A stretch of 64,000 nucleotides of DNA from Mobula hypostoma (taxonomy: Eukaryota): assembly GCF_963921235.1 (NCBI RefSeq), contig NC_086105.1, positions 8,928,001 through 8,992,000 of the forward strand, read 5' to 3'. How positions within the stretch are numbered: the first letter of the stretch is position 1; each line of letters starts with the position of its first letter. The position numbers were made by a program, and so were the translations under genes. The notes beneath the pieces were generated by a model. The model had not been told where the DNA came from. It saw only the letters and a list, made by a program, of their open reading frames with translations, and ran no database searches. Of this stretch, positions 12,469 through 25,150 are shown one piece after another.

Positions 12469-14084
12469 CAGTAACAAACTTTCATCTTTCCCAATCAGAT
12501 TCATAACTGAAATTAACAGCAAGCAATGAGAAGGTTGTGTAAATCAGTTGCCAAACCAGCAATGCAAAGAGAACTAACTGCTGTTTTGGTTGCAACCCTG
12601 CATTAGGACTGAATCTTCACGCTCCCAAGGTTAATAATCAGAACCGGAGAGATTAATTGTGAAAAATATCTTAACAACATTTGTGGGAAGTTTACACCAA
12701 TTCCATTCAAATTTAGAAGCTTTGAAGCACTTCTTGCAGCCCAAACCCTGCAACAGGTACAATGCATCTGAGTGGGGAGCACTAATCCAGCATTGGGTTC
12801 AATCAGACCTAAACTGATCCGGGATCCAAAAGTTAATTTCCCCATGTTGTCCAAGACTGAATTCCACCAACTTGATTCCATGTGGGATGCCAGTAGATTC
12901 GATATCTGATGATATGACTCAGCATTTGTGAAAGTGCAGACCTGAAGAAGGTCTCGGCCTGAAACGTCGACTGTTCATTCCTTTCCATAGATGCTGCCTT
13001 GGATTTCCAGCATTTGCAGACTTCCTAGTGTTTGTGCTAGACTTTCATGCTCGGTTGGGTGCCCGGCCTCTCCAGTGTGTGCTGCCCTCGAATGGTCAAT
13101 TGGTGGAATGGCAAGCTAGATTGTGGACTGCCAGAAACCACACTTGTACTATTTACTGTTTTTTTTCTTTGTGTGACTGTACGTGTGCTCGCTATCTTGA
13201 ATGTGCGGTGTACATTTTGCACCTTGGCCCCAGAGGAACACTGTTTCATTCGACTGTATTCATATATGGTTGAATGATAATTAAACTTGAATTTGACTTG
13301 CTTTTATTTTGAAGGATAATAGCTGATTATTCAGTTTGGAACAACAGGCATTAAAGAACAAATCCAGGTCGTAGGTTAACAGAAAGTACATGGGCAGTAA
13401 TGTTAAAGAGTAACTTCTAAAGGAAACTTAAAGTCGCAGTATAAAAATTCAGCATTAATCAGCTTGATTTCTGATTGACAGTCTCAAGCAAAATTAATTG
13501 TGTACTATTCTGCCATTTTTGTACTGATTCCTTCTTTGTCTAATAGTTTAATTAACTTCAAACTTCAAATTATCAGTTAAATTACTGGGTGCCTCCTCTT
13601 CTTAGAACCGCATTCCCCAGGCATTGCAGTGTTTCAACATTCTCATCAATCATCATGTGCCATGTCGTATGACACAAGTGATCATGGATGACTGTGCACA
13701 AGCAAGAGAAAATCTGCAGATGCTGGAAATTCAAAGCAACACACACAAAATGCTGGAGGAACTCAATGGGCCAGGCACACCATCTACGGAGAAAAGTACA
13801 GTCGACGTTTCAGGCTGAAATGCTTGTTCTTGGCAGAATTTCTACAGAAGCGGTTTGCCATTGCCTTCTTCTGGGCTGAGTCTTTACAAGGCAGGTGACC
13901 CAACCCCCCCCCCCCCAGCCATTATCAATACTCTTCAGAGATTGTCTGCCTGGCATCGGTGGTCGCATAACCAAGACTTGTGATATGCACCAGCTGCTCA
14001 TACGACTATCCACCACCTGCTCTCATGGCTTCACGTGACCCTGATCAGGGGTGGGGGCTAAGCAGGTGATACACCTTGCCCAGG

Positions 14085-14825
14085 TGTTGGCCAGGAAAAT
14101 GCAAGTAGTGGATTTGATGAATCAAGAACAGGGGAGGCAGACAAACCAGTTGACTTTGCTTCCCCTCATTTTGTGGACTCTGAACGGATTCTTGACCTGG
14201 GACAACCTAATCAGAGCAATTGAATGTGGACACAAGGAACTTCAGGCTGAACCTGAGACCATTCTCAGAGGAGTAGCTACTTATTAAGTAAAATGCCAGA
14301 AGCAATCTGTAATCTCATTAGACTCTGGCTGGGTTGCCTCATTTAACTGGTCTGGACCAGTCGGAGTGTAAAGGCACAAATACACCAGGCTGGGGTGGGC
14401 AGAGCCATGAGGCAATGTTAGTTGTAGCCCTGTGCAACAACCAGTAAGAAGATGACCCAGGTAGGTCAGGTGACCTTCAGCCAATGGGATGGAGATCCAC
14501 CAGTTGAATTGATGAGGAACACTGTCAGAGTCAGGAGCTTCAAATACGCAGGAGCGATAACCCTCCAGCAACCATCGCGGATAAGGAGGACCCCACAGAC
14601 ACATGGAGATCGGGACCATGAGGGACGCCTGGCCAGCATTCCCAGGTAGTACCTTTTCCCTTCACTGACTGTTCATGGAGGGTCAGGGATTCTCGCAGGG
14701 TGCACACAGGTAGATGGTTTGTGAACCCATTTGCTTTTTAATTGAAACAATAGAAGTTACTTGTCAGTAAATACAGGTTCTCCATGCCTCACTGATCATT
14801 ATTACAAGGGGTGATTCTTGTAACA
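14085..14825. mobile_element. Probable solo LTR (741 bp) inserted into an RTE-like/SINE repeat
   Basis: Termini are TGTT...AACA and flanks are CCAGG/CAAGG (imperfect TSD). The host repeat resumes exactly after the insert when compared with its uninterrupted copy near 25780-25830. Confidence 0.7.
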
Positions 14826-15179
14826 CAAGGGTGACCTGCAGGCTAGCAGAGGGAAGGAGCATCTTACACTTACATTGGTAGAGGCATACCTCCACCCCAC
14901 CGTCCATCATCCTAGATTAAGTGCCTCAAAAATCTGCGGAAGTGTTTAAAATATTTAAATATAATCTCGTACAATCTCAACCAAGGCTAACAGCCAAATC
15001 AAATCCATTGCAATCATGGAGGGGAATAATTCACAGAAGATCCTGATCAAATTAAATCCTTCAACTGATGGCTCACTGATCCTGATTTGTGATATCTATA
15101 AACAGACTGCTGGATCTCAGAAATAGTTCATTAGCTGTGAATCACTTGGAATCAGGGAGGATTTTGTACAATGTTTCAA

Positions 15180-15590
15180 TGGGTCTTTATTCTTTGGAAT
15201 GTAGAAGGTTGGGGGGGGACTTGATAGAGGTATTTAAAATTATGAGGGGGATAGATAGAGTTGACGTGGATAGGCTTTTTCCATTGAGAGTGGGGGAGAT
15301 TCAAACAAGGGGACATGAGTTGAGAGTTAAAGGGCAAAAGTTTAGGGGTAACACGAGGGGGAACTTCTTTACTCAGAGAGTGGTAGCTGAACGAGCTTCC
15401 AGCAGAAGTGGTTGAGGCAGGTTCGATGTTGTTGTTTAAAGCTAAATTGGACAACTATATGGACAAGAAAGAAATGGAGGGTTATGGGCTGAGTGCAGTT
15501 CGGTGGGACTAGGTGAGAGTAAGAGTTCGACAGGGACTAGAAGGGCCGAGATGGCCTGTTTCCGTGCTGTAATTGTTATATGGTTATATG
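15180..15590 (+). mobile_element. CR1-type LINE 3' fragment
   Basis: ORF GLYSLECRRLGGDLIEVFKIMRG..TRGHELRVKG..FFTQRVV followed by a short tandem tail. Confidence 0.85.
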
Positions 15591-18069
15591 TGACTTATCC
15601 ATTCCTGCAATAAAAATATAATCCTCCAACCTGATGGTATGGGTATCGATTTCTCCTGCCATTGAACAAAATTTCTTCAGCTGTCCTCCTTCCTCTATTC
15701 CCTACTCTGACTTTTCACTTCTTCTCACCTGCTGATCACCTCCACCTGGGTCCCCTCTTCCTTCCCTTTCTCCTATGGTCCACTCTTCTCTCCTATCAGA
15801 TTCCTTCCTCTCCAGCTTTTGATCTTTCCCACCCACCTGGCTTCACCTATCACCTCCCAGCTCGCCTTCTTCCCCTCCCCCCACCTTTTTATTCTGGGGG
15901 GTTTTCCCTTTCCTTTCCAGTCCTGAAGAAGGGTCTTTGTTGACTCTTTTCCATAGATGCTGCCTGACTTGCTGATTTCCTCTACTATTTTGTGTGTGTT
16001 ACAAAAATATGATTTCCTTTAAAGGGCACAGCAAGTGCAGAATAAGCTGACGATGATTCCCATCTTTACACTGTGGCCTGCTTTTCGGGTGATTTATTCT
16101 GCATCAGATTTCTCTATAAAACCACTCCTGATGTTGTGGGTGGCATGAGTCCTGAAGTTGATAGCATCTCTTGTGAGTGCTTTTTAAATTCACTGTACAA
16201 CATCCTGTCTGATCCTGTGTCACCATCACCCTCGATTAACAAGTTATAAATATCCAAAGTGAAAAACAGCAAGACTCCTGGAACATATGTTATCCTGATG
16301 AATATCAAACACAGGGTGTTAGAATTCAGTCAAATTATTAACCTCATTCCGGTCTATTCTCTTTCCAGTGAACATCGGAAATTGCAAAGTCAATGGTTCA
16401 ATTTAATATCAAAGAGTATATACGGTATGCAGCCTGAAACTCTTACTCTTTGCAGACATCCACAAAACAGAAAAAAGCCCCCAAAGAATGAAAGATAGAA
16501 ATATCGAAGTACATTTATTATCGAAGTGTGTATAAATTATACAACCTTGAGATTCGTCTCCTTACAGGCAGCCACAAGTCAAGAAACCTGAAAGAACCCA
16601 ATTAGAATAAAAACCAGCACCTAATGTGCCGAGAAAGAGAGAAAAAAACACAAATCATGCAAACAGTAAAAGCCAACAATGGCATTCTGAACCAAACTGA
16701 GTCTGTAGACCGGAATCCCGGAGCAGCAGCAGCGGGCCTATAGCCTTGGTCTCAGTTCATTATATAGTGGGGCAAGTCTTCACAGCTTGCAGACACAAAC
16801 TGCATAGCAGCAGGAGCGGTCTCACAGTCTTGGTGCCAAGGAGACAGGAGTGAACATCATGGAAAAGCAAGTGGAATCGGCCCAGCCTTTGCTTCCATAC
16901 AAGCCAGAACGATCTCCACTATACTTCTGTAGACATTTGCAAGAGTCTTGTGGACGTACCAAATCTCACTATCACCAGAGGAAAATGGTTCAAGGATCTT
17001 CATGGCCTCCTTGTGAAAGGGCAACATGCCACACGCGGTGGGAATTCCTGACCCGAGACATCTCAGAATGGAGAGAGGGCAACCAGTTTGCACTAATGGA
17101 GGCATAAGGGACCACACATTAAAATTCACAGCTTTTCGCTGGGAGTGAACCACTCTCATATTGACTCTACCTCATTGACTCACTTGTGCATCCTGCGTGA
17201 GCCGCAGTAGGTGCCTCAGAATCTACCCTGGGCCCACAATGCCAATGTGGTTACAAAGAAGGCATGATAATGGCTATATTTCACTAGGAGTTTGAGGAGA
17301 TTTCGTATGTCACCAAAGACACTCAAAAATTTCTACAGCTGTACCGTGGAGAGCATTCTAACTGGCTTGAGGTTGGGGTGCTACTGCAGAGAATCGGAAA
17401 AATCTGCAGAGAGTTGTAAAATTAGTCAGTTCCTTTGGTATGAGCCTCCGTCGTATCCAGGACATCTTCAAGGAGCAATGCCTCAGAAGGTGAATATCAG
17501 ACAATAAAATAAAAATGAGATTGAAACGAAATGAAAAGGCGTCATCCATTATTAAGGACCCGTACCACCCAGTTCAATAGACAATAGGTGCAGGAGTAGG
17601 TCATTCGGCCCTTTGAGCCAGCACCACCTTTCACTGTGATCATGGCTGATCATCCACAATCAGTTCCTGCCTTATCCCCATAACCTTTGATTCCGCTATC
17701 TTTAAGAGCTCTATCCATCTCTTTCTTGAAAGCATCCAGAGACTTGGCCTCCACTGCCTTCTGTTCATGACCTTTTTTGCATTGTTACCATCAGGAAGGA
17801 GCCTGAAGACACACACTCAATGATTCAGGAACGGCAACTTACCCTCTGCCTTCTGATTACTGAATGGACATTGAACCCATTCTATTTTCGCACTGCTTAT
17901 TTCATTTACTATTAGATATATTTATTGGTGCAAAGATATATATTTATTATGATGTATTGCATAGATAAAGATATATATTTATTATGATGTATTGCATTGC
18001 ACTGCTGCCGCAAAGACACCAAATTTCACAACATATGCCGGTGATATTAAACCTCGATTCTGATTTGGA

Positions 18070-18330
18070 TCCGGAGGGCAAACGAACTGCCTGCGTTGCA
18101 CGGCCCAGCCTGAGGAGGGCGCCCTGTCGGTCCTCCCAGGAGCTCCGGCTGCCGGAAGTTGCCGGTGCTTGTTCCGGGGTTCAACGCGATTGGAGCAGGA
18201 GCGGGGTGAAATCAATGCTGATGAGCGGAGGCTGGACCTAATCTCCCGCATCAAAAGCCGTTTGGCCTCTGACGGTGAGGGAAAAAAATGGTAATGTCCC
18301 CGCAGAATGGCGCACGCAGAGGTATCGTGA
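18070..18330 (+). promoter_or_regulatory. TMEM19: TMEM19 CpG-rich promoter / first exon region, with candidate donors at 18322 (GTATCG) and 18327 (GTGAGT)
   Basis: CpG-rich patch with an ETS motif (CCGGAAGT) and ATTGG, located just upstream of the acceptor TTTCAG at 18441. Confidence 0.55.
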
Positions 18331-18497
18331 GTAGGGGGCCACCCTGATCTCAGTCCCTTGCCCTCTGCTCCCTGGCTGATGGCATCCTCGCTCTTGGCAG
18401 CTGTATTTCATGTAATGTGTTGTGTCCCTTTCTGGTTTCAGGCACTGCGCGCAGGCAAAACAATCGTCCGGTGGTTTCATGCGAAGAATTAGTCAAC

Positions 18498-18585
18498 ATG
18501 ATGGCAAACATTGTGATTCTGATTGCGATACTGGCCCTATCACTGTTATTTTGGGTTGTGTCCATGACAGCAAGTACTTATTATG
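18498..18585 (+). CDS. TMEM19: TMEM19 coding exon 1 (exon acceptor at 18442; minimal start ATG at 18498)
   Basis: Reads MMANIVILIAILALSLLFWVVSMTASTYY, ending at donor G|GTAAG; matches the TMEM19 N-terminus. Confidence 0.88.
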
Positions 18586-18750
18586 GTAAGTGCAATGTTC
18601 ACCTGTGTGTTTAGTCACAAACCTGGAGTTTGATAACGCTGCCGTACCTGGTTTAAAAGTGCTTTCTTATTACCAATACAATATGGACAACAATAAAATG
18701 CCCCCTTTCAATCTGAAATGCCTTTAGTACATGCAATCGAATGTGATTAA

Positions 18751-18951
<201 letters not shown>

Positions 18952-20239
18952 TAAAATAATAATCTAAAATCCGGTACATTGTCGCTGTTTCTTGACAATA
19001 TGATATTGATTTTGAATCGAAAATGCGGTCTATGGCATTAGGATATTACATTTAGTTCCGAGCTATAATTTTATTTTGAACTACAGCTCGAGCAGATCCT
19101 CCCTGTCCACGGAGTTCCTGGGGAGGCCGATTTCACCCATGTGACCCTTACGTCTTTGGAAAGTGGAAGAAGTCAGCACGGTCACGGTCACTGGGAGACG
19201 GTGCGAACTCTTTATAAACAGCAACACACACAAAGAGCTGCAACAATCAACAGGCCAAGCTGCTTTTATGGAAAAGAGTACAGCCGACGTGTCGGGCCTG
19301 AGACCCTTCAGCAGGGCTGCTGACGACTGTACTCCTTTCCATAGATGCTGCCTGGCCGTGTGTGTGTGTGGATTTCCAGCATCTGCAGACTTCCTCGTTT
19401 TTTTGTGTGTAGACAGCCGCGGAACTGAACCCGTGTCGACGCCGCTTTAATAGCGTTATGTTCACCGCTACGCCACCGTGTTAACAGCAACGATCCTATC
19501 AACAAAACTAGACAGGTTCACAGAATAAGAGGAGACAGAGGGAAAAATAAGAAGAAACATTTCAATATATTTCCTGGTTCAAATACTTTACCTAGTTTTC
19601 TCACACGATATATAGAAACAATTCGTGGGTTATCGGGGGAATTCAAGGGATCTGTTGTTGTTGTTCGTCCTTCGTAGTCGAAGATGACCATGGCTTCAAA
19701 GTCAAATGGGAGATTGGTGGCTGTGGGTCCGGAGGTGACTGATGAGGCCAATCCGGGCCCTGAAGGCTCGCCCACATGTGGGACACATGTAGAGCCAACA
19801 AAATAGCAGTCTTAAAAACTCACGGTGGAATGTTTGGTAAAACATGGCATGCTAGTCAATTGTTCAAAGTAAATTGTATTATCAGGGTACATATGTCACC
19901 ATATACATCCCAGAGATTCATTTTCCTGCGGGCATACCAGCAAATCTATAGAATAGTAACTATAACAGGATCAATAAAAGATCAAACAGTGCAAAAGACA
20001 ACAAACTGCAAGTGCAAATATAAACAAGAACATTTAAGGACATTGTCTTATTATTAAATGAGATCATTGGTTGTGAGAACATCTCAATGGATGTGCAAGT
20101 GGGTGTAGTTATCCATTAACCTCTATGCAAGCAATAGTTCTGCTATTTGCTAAGTCTACTAACATGCATCCAGGAAATTTTGGTTACTGTTTTCTCTTTG
20201 ACAGTAAACCATACATTTATTGTGTTGAGTGTTGAGTGC

Positions 20240-20807
20240 ATCACAAGGTAGTGATGCAGCTCTATAAAACTCTGGTTAGGCCACACTTGCAGTACTGTGT
20301 CCAGTTCTGGTCGCCTCACTATAGGAAGGATGTGGAAGCATTGGAAAGGGTACAGAGGAGATGTACCAGGATGCTGCCTGGTTTAGAGAGTATGCATTGT
20401 GATCAGAGATTAAGGGATCTAGGGCTTTACTCTTTGGAGAGAAGGAGGATGAGAGGAGACATGATAGAGGTGTACAAGATATTAAGAGGAATAGATAGAG
20501 TGGATAGCCAGTGCTTCTTCCCCAGGGCACCATTGCTCAATGCAAGGGGATATGGCTTTAAGGTAAGGGGTGGAAATTTCAAGGGGGATATTAGAGGAAG
20601 GTTTTTTACTCAGAGAGTGGTTGGTGCGTGGAATGCACTGCCTGAGTCAGTGGTGGAGGCAGATACACTAGTGAAGTTTAAGAGACTACTGGACAGGTAT
20701 ATGGAGGAATTTAAGGTGGGGGGGTTATATGGGAGGCAGGGTTTGAGGGTCGGCACAACATTGTGGGCCAAAGGGCCTGTACTGTGCTGTACTATTCTAT
20801 GTTCTAT
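20240..20807 (+). mobile_element. CR1-type LINE 3' fragment in a TMEM19 intron
   Basis: ORF LYKTLVRPHLQYCVQFWSP..LERVQRR.TRMLPG..RRMRGDMIEVYKI, ending in a TTCTATG tail. Confidence 0.9.
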
Positions 20808-21721
20808 GAAAAAGATCCAACATTGAACACAGGTATTTTTCAGTCTAATACAAGTAAGGGTAGAAGTAGACCATATGAACTCTTCTGGCCTGCTCTGCTT
20901 TTCAATAATATTTGATTTTAGCCACAGCTGCTCTTTCTTGTGTGCTCCCAGAAATGTTGACTTCTTTATAGAACAAAAGTGAATTTTATTCTTGAATGTA
21001 CTCAGTGATTCAGGCTCCAAAATGTCCTCGGGCAGATGCGGACTAAGAATCATTATGGTCCTGAGGGAAGAAATTGCTCCTCATTTGTATCTTAAGAGGG
21101 CGACATATTTGGAAACTATGTCCCAGGTTTTAGCTTTCTAGAAACATCCTTTCGGCATCTATTTTGCCAACCCCCCCCGCCTTAAAATCTTTTAATTCAA
21201 CATTACCTTTCACATTTTAAACTCTAATCAGTGTAAAGCAACACACACCTACCTACCTACATACCCACCCACCCAGGCAAGCTTAACAGGTCAGGCAGCA
21301 TCCATGGAAATGAATAAACAGTCCTGAGGAAGGGTCTCGGCCTGAAACAGCAACAGTTTGTTCATTTCGTGGAAGCTGTCTGACCTGCTGAGTTCATCCA
21401 GCATTTTGTGTGTATTGCTTTGGATTTCCGGCATCTGCAGATTTTCTCATTTCTAATTAATATAAGCTGTCCTTTGCCAGTGTTCAGCCTGCTGATCCTT
21501 CTCTGAAGTGCTTTTAATGCAAAGGTGTGCTTCTTTAAATAAAGAGACCAACGCTGTATGTAGAAATATTTTCTAGCTTAACCAATGTTCTGTACAGTTG
21601 TAGCAATACTTGCTTTCTTTAATACTCCATTCCCCTTGCAATAGGCCAATGTTCCTTTTGTCTTCCTAATTACTCAATGTTCGTATGTACAGTGCCTGTG
21701 AAAAGTAATTGCCTCCCTTGG

Positions 21722-22123
21722 AACATACATCAAAGTTGCTGGTGAATGCAGCAGGCCAGGCAGCATCTCTAGGAAGAGGTACAGTCGACGTTTCGGGCCG
21801 AGACCCTTCGTCAGGACTAACTGAAGGAAGAGTTAGTAAGAGATTTGAAAGTGGGAGGGGGAGGGGGAGATCCAAAATGATAGGAGAAGACAGGAGGGGG
21901 AGGGATGGAGCCAAGAGCTGGACAGGTGATTGGCAAAAGGGATATGAGACGATCATGGGACAGGAAGCCCAGGGAGAAGGAAAAGGGGGAGGGGGGAAAA
22001 CCCCAGAGGATGGGCAAGGGGTATAGTCAGAGGGACAGAGGAAGAAAAAGGAGAGAGAGAGAGAAAGAATTTGTGTATATAAATAAATAATGGATGGGGT
22101 ATGAGGGGGAGGTGGGGCATTAG
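21722..22123 (-). mobile_element. Penelope-like 3' fragment with an intact minimal hammerhead motif (21783-21818)
   Basis: Reverse complement of the 46330-46719-type sequence; reads AGTC-CTGACGA-AGGGTCTCGGCCC-GAAAC-GTC-GACT. Confidence 0.85.
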
Positions 22124-23350
22124 TCTTGGGAGGGTGCCCAGGGTTCAACCTCCCGTGCTTGGGCTCCCAATAAACACAAGCAAATAATGTTTAGAACCGA
22201 AGTCCACAAAGAGAGTCCGCCCACAGACCCTTAGCTCAGCTCAGCGCAGAGTGGAGCAGGGAGCTGAACCAGCCTGTCCTTCTCCTCGGACTATGACACC
22301 CCGACTTTTTCAGTCTGGCCCAGTGTCTAAATCGTCTTCTAAATAACAGGTTCAATCACTTTGATATGCCCTGCGGTCTGGATCCTGTCAGCACGATTCG
22401 GCCTGTATCCAGCCTTTCTGATTCATCCCGGCACTTAAATCATCCAAACCATATTTCTGCCCATTCACTGAACAATGTATACATCAGATTATTTTAGCCA
22501 TTCACAACTCACTTTCCCTCCTATCTATGCATCATCAGCAAATTGGGCTGCAATATTAACTCAGTTTTATTTTGATCTATCCACATGTACTCTGACAGAT
22601 TGGATATTTCTAATATTCTTTCGGTTTCAGATCGCAGTGACATCTCTGGCCATAATTTTACAGTTTGTACACAATCCCTTGTTGCTCTCACTCTCTTCCT
22701 CGGAAGTACTTTAGTTAATTATAGAGATTAAGGAGTGAGAATAAATCAGGGAAAGTGGATCTATAGGAATGGGAATTCTTTGATATGAATAAATGCACAC
22801 CTGTTGAAAAGTTCCTATTTCTGTAGTGTTGATTGCATAGTTTTAATCATATGTCAAAGAATAACTTTGTATGGTTTTGTAAACAGCAGTTTCTCAGAGT
22901 TAAAGTCTTCAAATACGATTTATTAACCATATTTGTACACGAGTCTTGGCCTTTATTTGGCACCAGCATTTTTCGCCTGTTGTTTAGGGTACATCTGAAT
23001 ATAAATATGTCTGTAAATTAGGATAACAAACTGAAGCTTGAAGATGTTGTACTATATTAGTTAAGGTGTCAAAAAATAAAACCTAAGTACATCTTTAATA
23101 TGAGGATAAAGTTGCAATCTAAACCATTTCTTATGAAGTTGCTTTATACTGCACTTCAAATTAAGCCCACTTTAATTTGTTTAAGTTTATGTCCACACTA
23201 TTTTGCAGCACACTTAATTTAGTTACTTACAAAAAAAAATACAGCGTGGAATTGGCCCTTCGAGCCTCGCAGCCTAGCAATCCCCCGAATTTAACCCTAG
23301 CCTAATCACAAGACAATTTACAATGACCAATTAACCTGTTTGGACTGTGG

Positions 23351-23416
23351 GAGGAAACTGGAGCACCCAGAGGAAACTGGAGCACCCGGAGGAAACTGGA
23401 GCACCCAGAGGAAACC
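23351..23416. repeat. 19-bp tandem repeat (about 3.4 copies) inside a SINE
   Basis: Unit GAGGAAACTGGAGCACCC(A/G) repeated. Confidence 0.85.
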
Positions 23417-24783
23417 CATGGACATGGGGAGAACATACAGACCCCTTAAATGCAGCAGTGGGAATTGAAGCCGACTTGCCTGTACGTGTCATGCTAACCA
23501 CGACACTACTGTGCTGCCTTATCATGTGTAAAAGCAAAATTCTGCAGATGCATAATTAATAGAAGAAAATACGAGGACTTTTTAACAGATCAGGCAGAAC
23601 ATATTGTGTGTGTTTGTCTGAGAGCAAGAGACAAATCAGCATTTAAATTTTGGATTGATAAATTTCATTATTGAGAATGCTTATCAGCCCAATTTGTCTT
23701 TCCCTCCACTAATGCTGCATGACCTTGTATGCTTTACACCATTTTCTGTTATTGTGTACTTCACCTTTTCAATGGTTTAATTTAATATCAGAGAATGTAT
23801 ACAACCTGAAATTCTTATTCTCCACAGAAATTCTTGAAACAGAAAAAAATCTCCAACGAATAGATGACGGAAAATGTTAGAACCGCAAAGTCACCTCCCA
23901 TGCACAAAGAGCGGCAAAAGCATCAAACCCACCCCCCACCAGCACCACGCACGCAATAGCAAAGCCTCCATGATCTAGAGTCTATCAGCAACAATGTCCA
24001 GGGTTCAGGGTGGTGCAGCTGGTAAAGCAGCTGCCTCCCAGGTTCAGTGACACCAGGTTTAACCTTGACTTCTGATGCTGTCTGTGTGGGGTCTTTGTTT
24101 TCCCTGGAAACAGGGGAGTCGTCCTTGGATACTACCCATAGAGTCATAGCCAAAACAAAAAAAAAAACATGCGAAACTCACTGAATCTGGAGCATAAACA
24201 ACCTGCTGAAGAAACACAGCTGGACAGGCAGCATCTGTGGAGGGAAATGGATGACTGATGTTTTGGGCTGAGACCATTCATCTTGACTGAAGGATAGAGG
24301 GGAGATGGTCAGACTAAAGAGGTGAAGGGGAGCAAGAACTGGCAGGCGACAGATGGATCTAGCTGAGTAATGGGAATGGTAGAAATAGCGACAGATGCTG
24401 GGAGGTGATAAGTGGAGATTATAAAGGGCTGTAGAAGGTGTAATGTGTTTGGAAAGAAAGGGCAATGGAATCAAATAAGGGAGGTTATTTGGGCATATGG
24501 GAACAGTGCCACATCCATGGAGGCCATCCTGCCCATCTATACTAAACCCACTCGCCTGTATTAATTCTATATTCCTCTGTGGCTTGTTCATTCAAATATC
24601 TGCCCATTTGCTGCTTAAATGTTGCTACTATTCCTGCCTCCACTACCTCCTCTTCCAGCTCATTCAAGATACCAACTGTTCTTAGTGTGAAAAGTTTACC
24701 CCCGAGACCTCCATTAAACCTCCTTCCTCTCATCATACCCTCCGGTTTGAAACACACCTATGGTGGAAAACAAACACTGGACA

Positions 24784-25150
24784 TACACTCAGTGGCTGCC
24801 TTAGTAGGTACCTCCTGGATCTAAGAAAGTGGTCACTGAGTGTATGTTCATGGTCTTCTGCTGCTGTAGCCCATCCACTGCAAGGTTCAACATTTTGTGC
24901 ATTTAGAGATGCTCTTCTGCACACAGCTGTTGTTAACATGGTTATCTGCGTTATTGTCGCCTTCCTGTCAGCTTAAAACAGTCTGGCCATTCTCTTCTGA
25001 CCTCTCTCATTAACAAAGTAGTTTCACCCGCAGAACTGCCACTGGCTGGATGTGTTTTGCTCTTCACACTTTTCTCTGTAGAAACTGTTGTGCATCAAAA
25101 TCCCAGGAAATCTACAATTTCTGAGAGACTGAAACCACTCCGTCTGGCTC
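24784..25150 (-). mobile_element. Non-autonomous Tc1/mariner-derived fragment
   Basis: Short inverted repeat TACACTCAGTG...CACTGAGTGTA (24784-24844), followed by decayed transposase-like sequence. Confidence 0.55.

Noticed and set aside
12603-12881. 92-aa minus-strand ORF as a possible THAP2 remnant
   Set aside because: No THAP signature in any frame I translated.
16114-16308. 64-aa minus-strand ORF in non-repetitive-looking sequence upstream of TMEM19
   Set aside because: No recognisable domain, and I could not build a consistent exon chain.
23351-23416. Short direct repeats (also 36532-36608 and about 17930-17997) as a CRISPR-like array
   Set aside because: They are head-to-tail duplications without spacers, inside eukaryotic retroelements.
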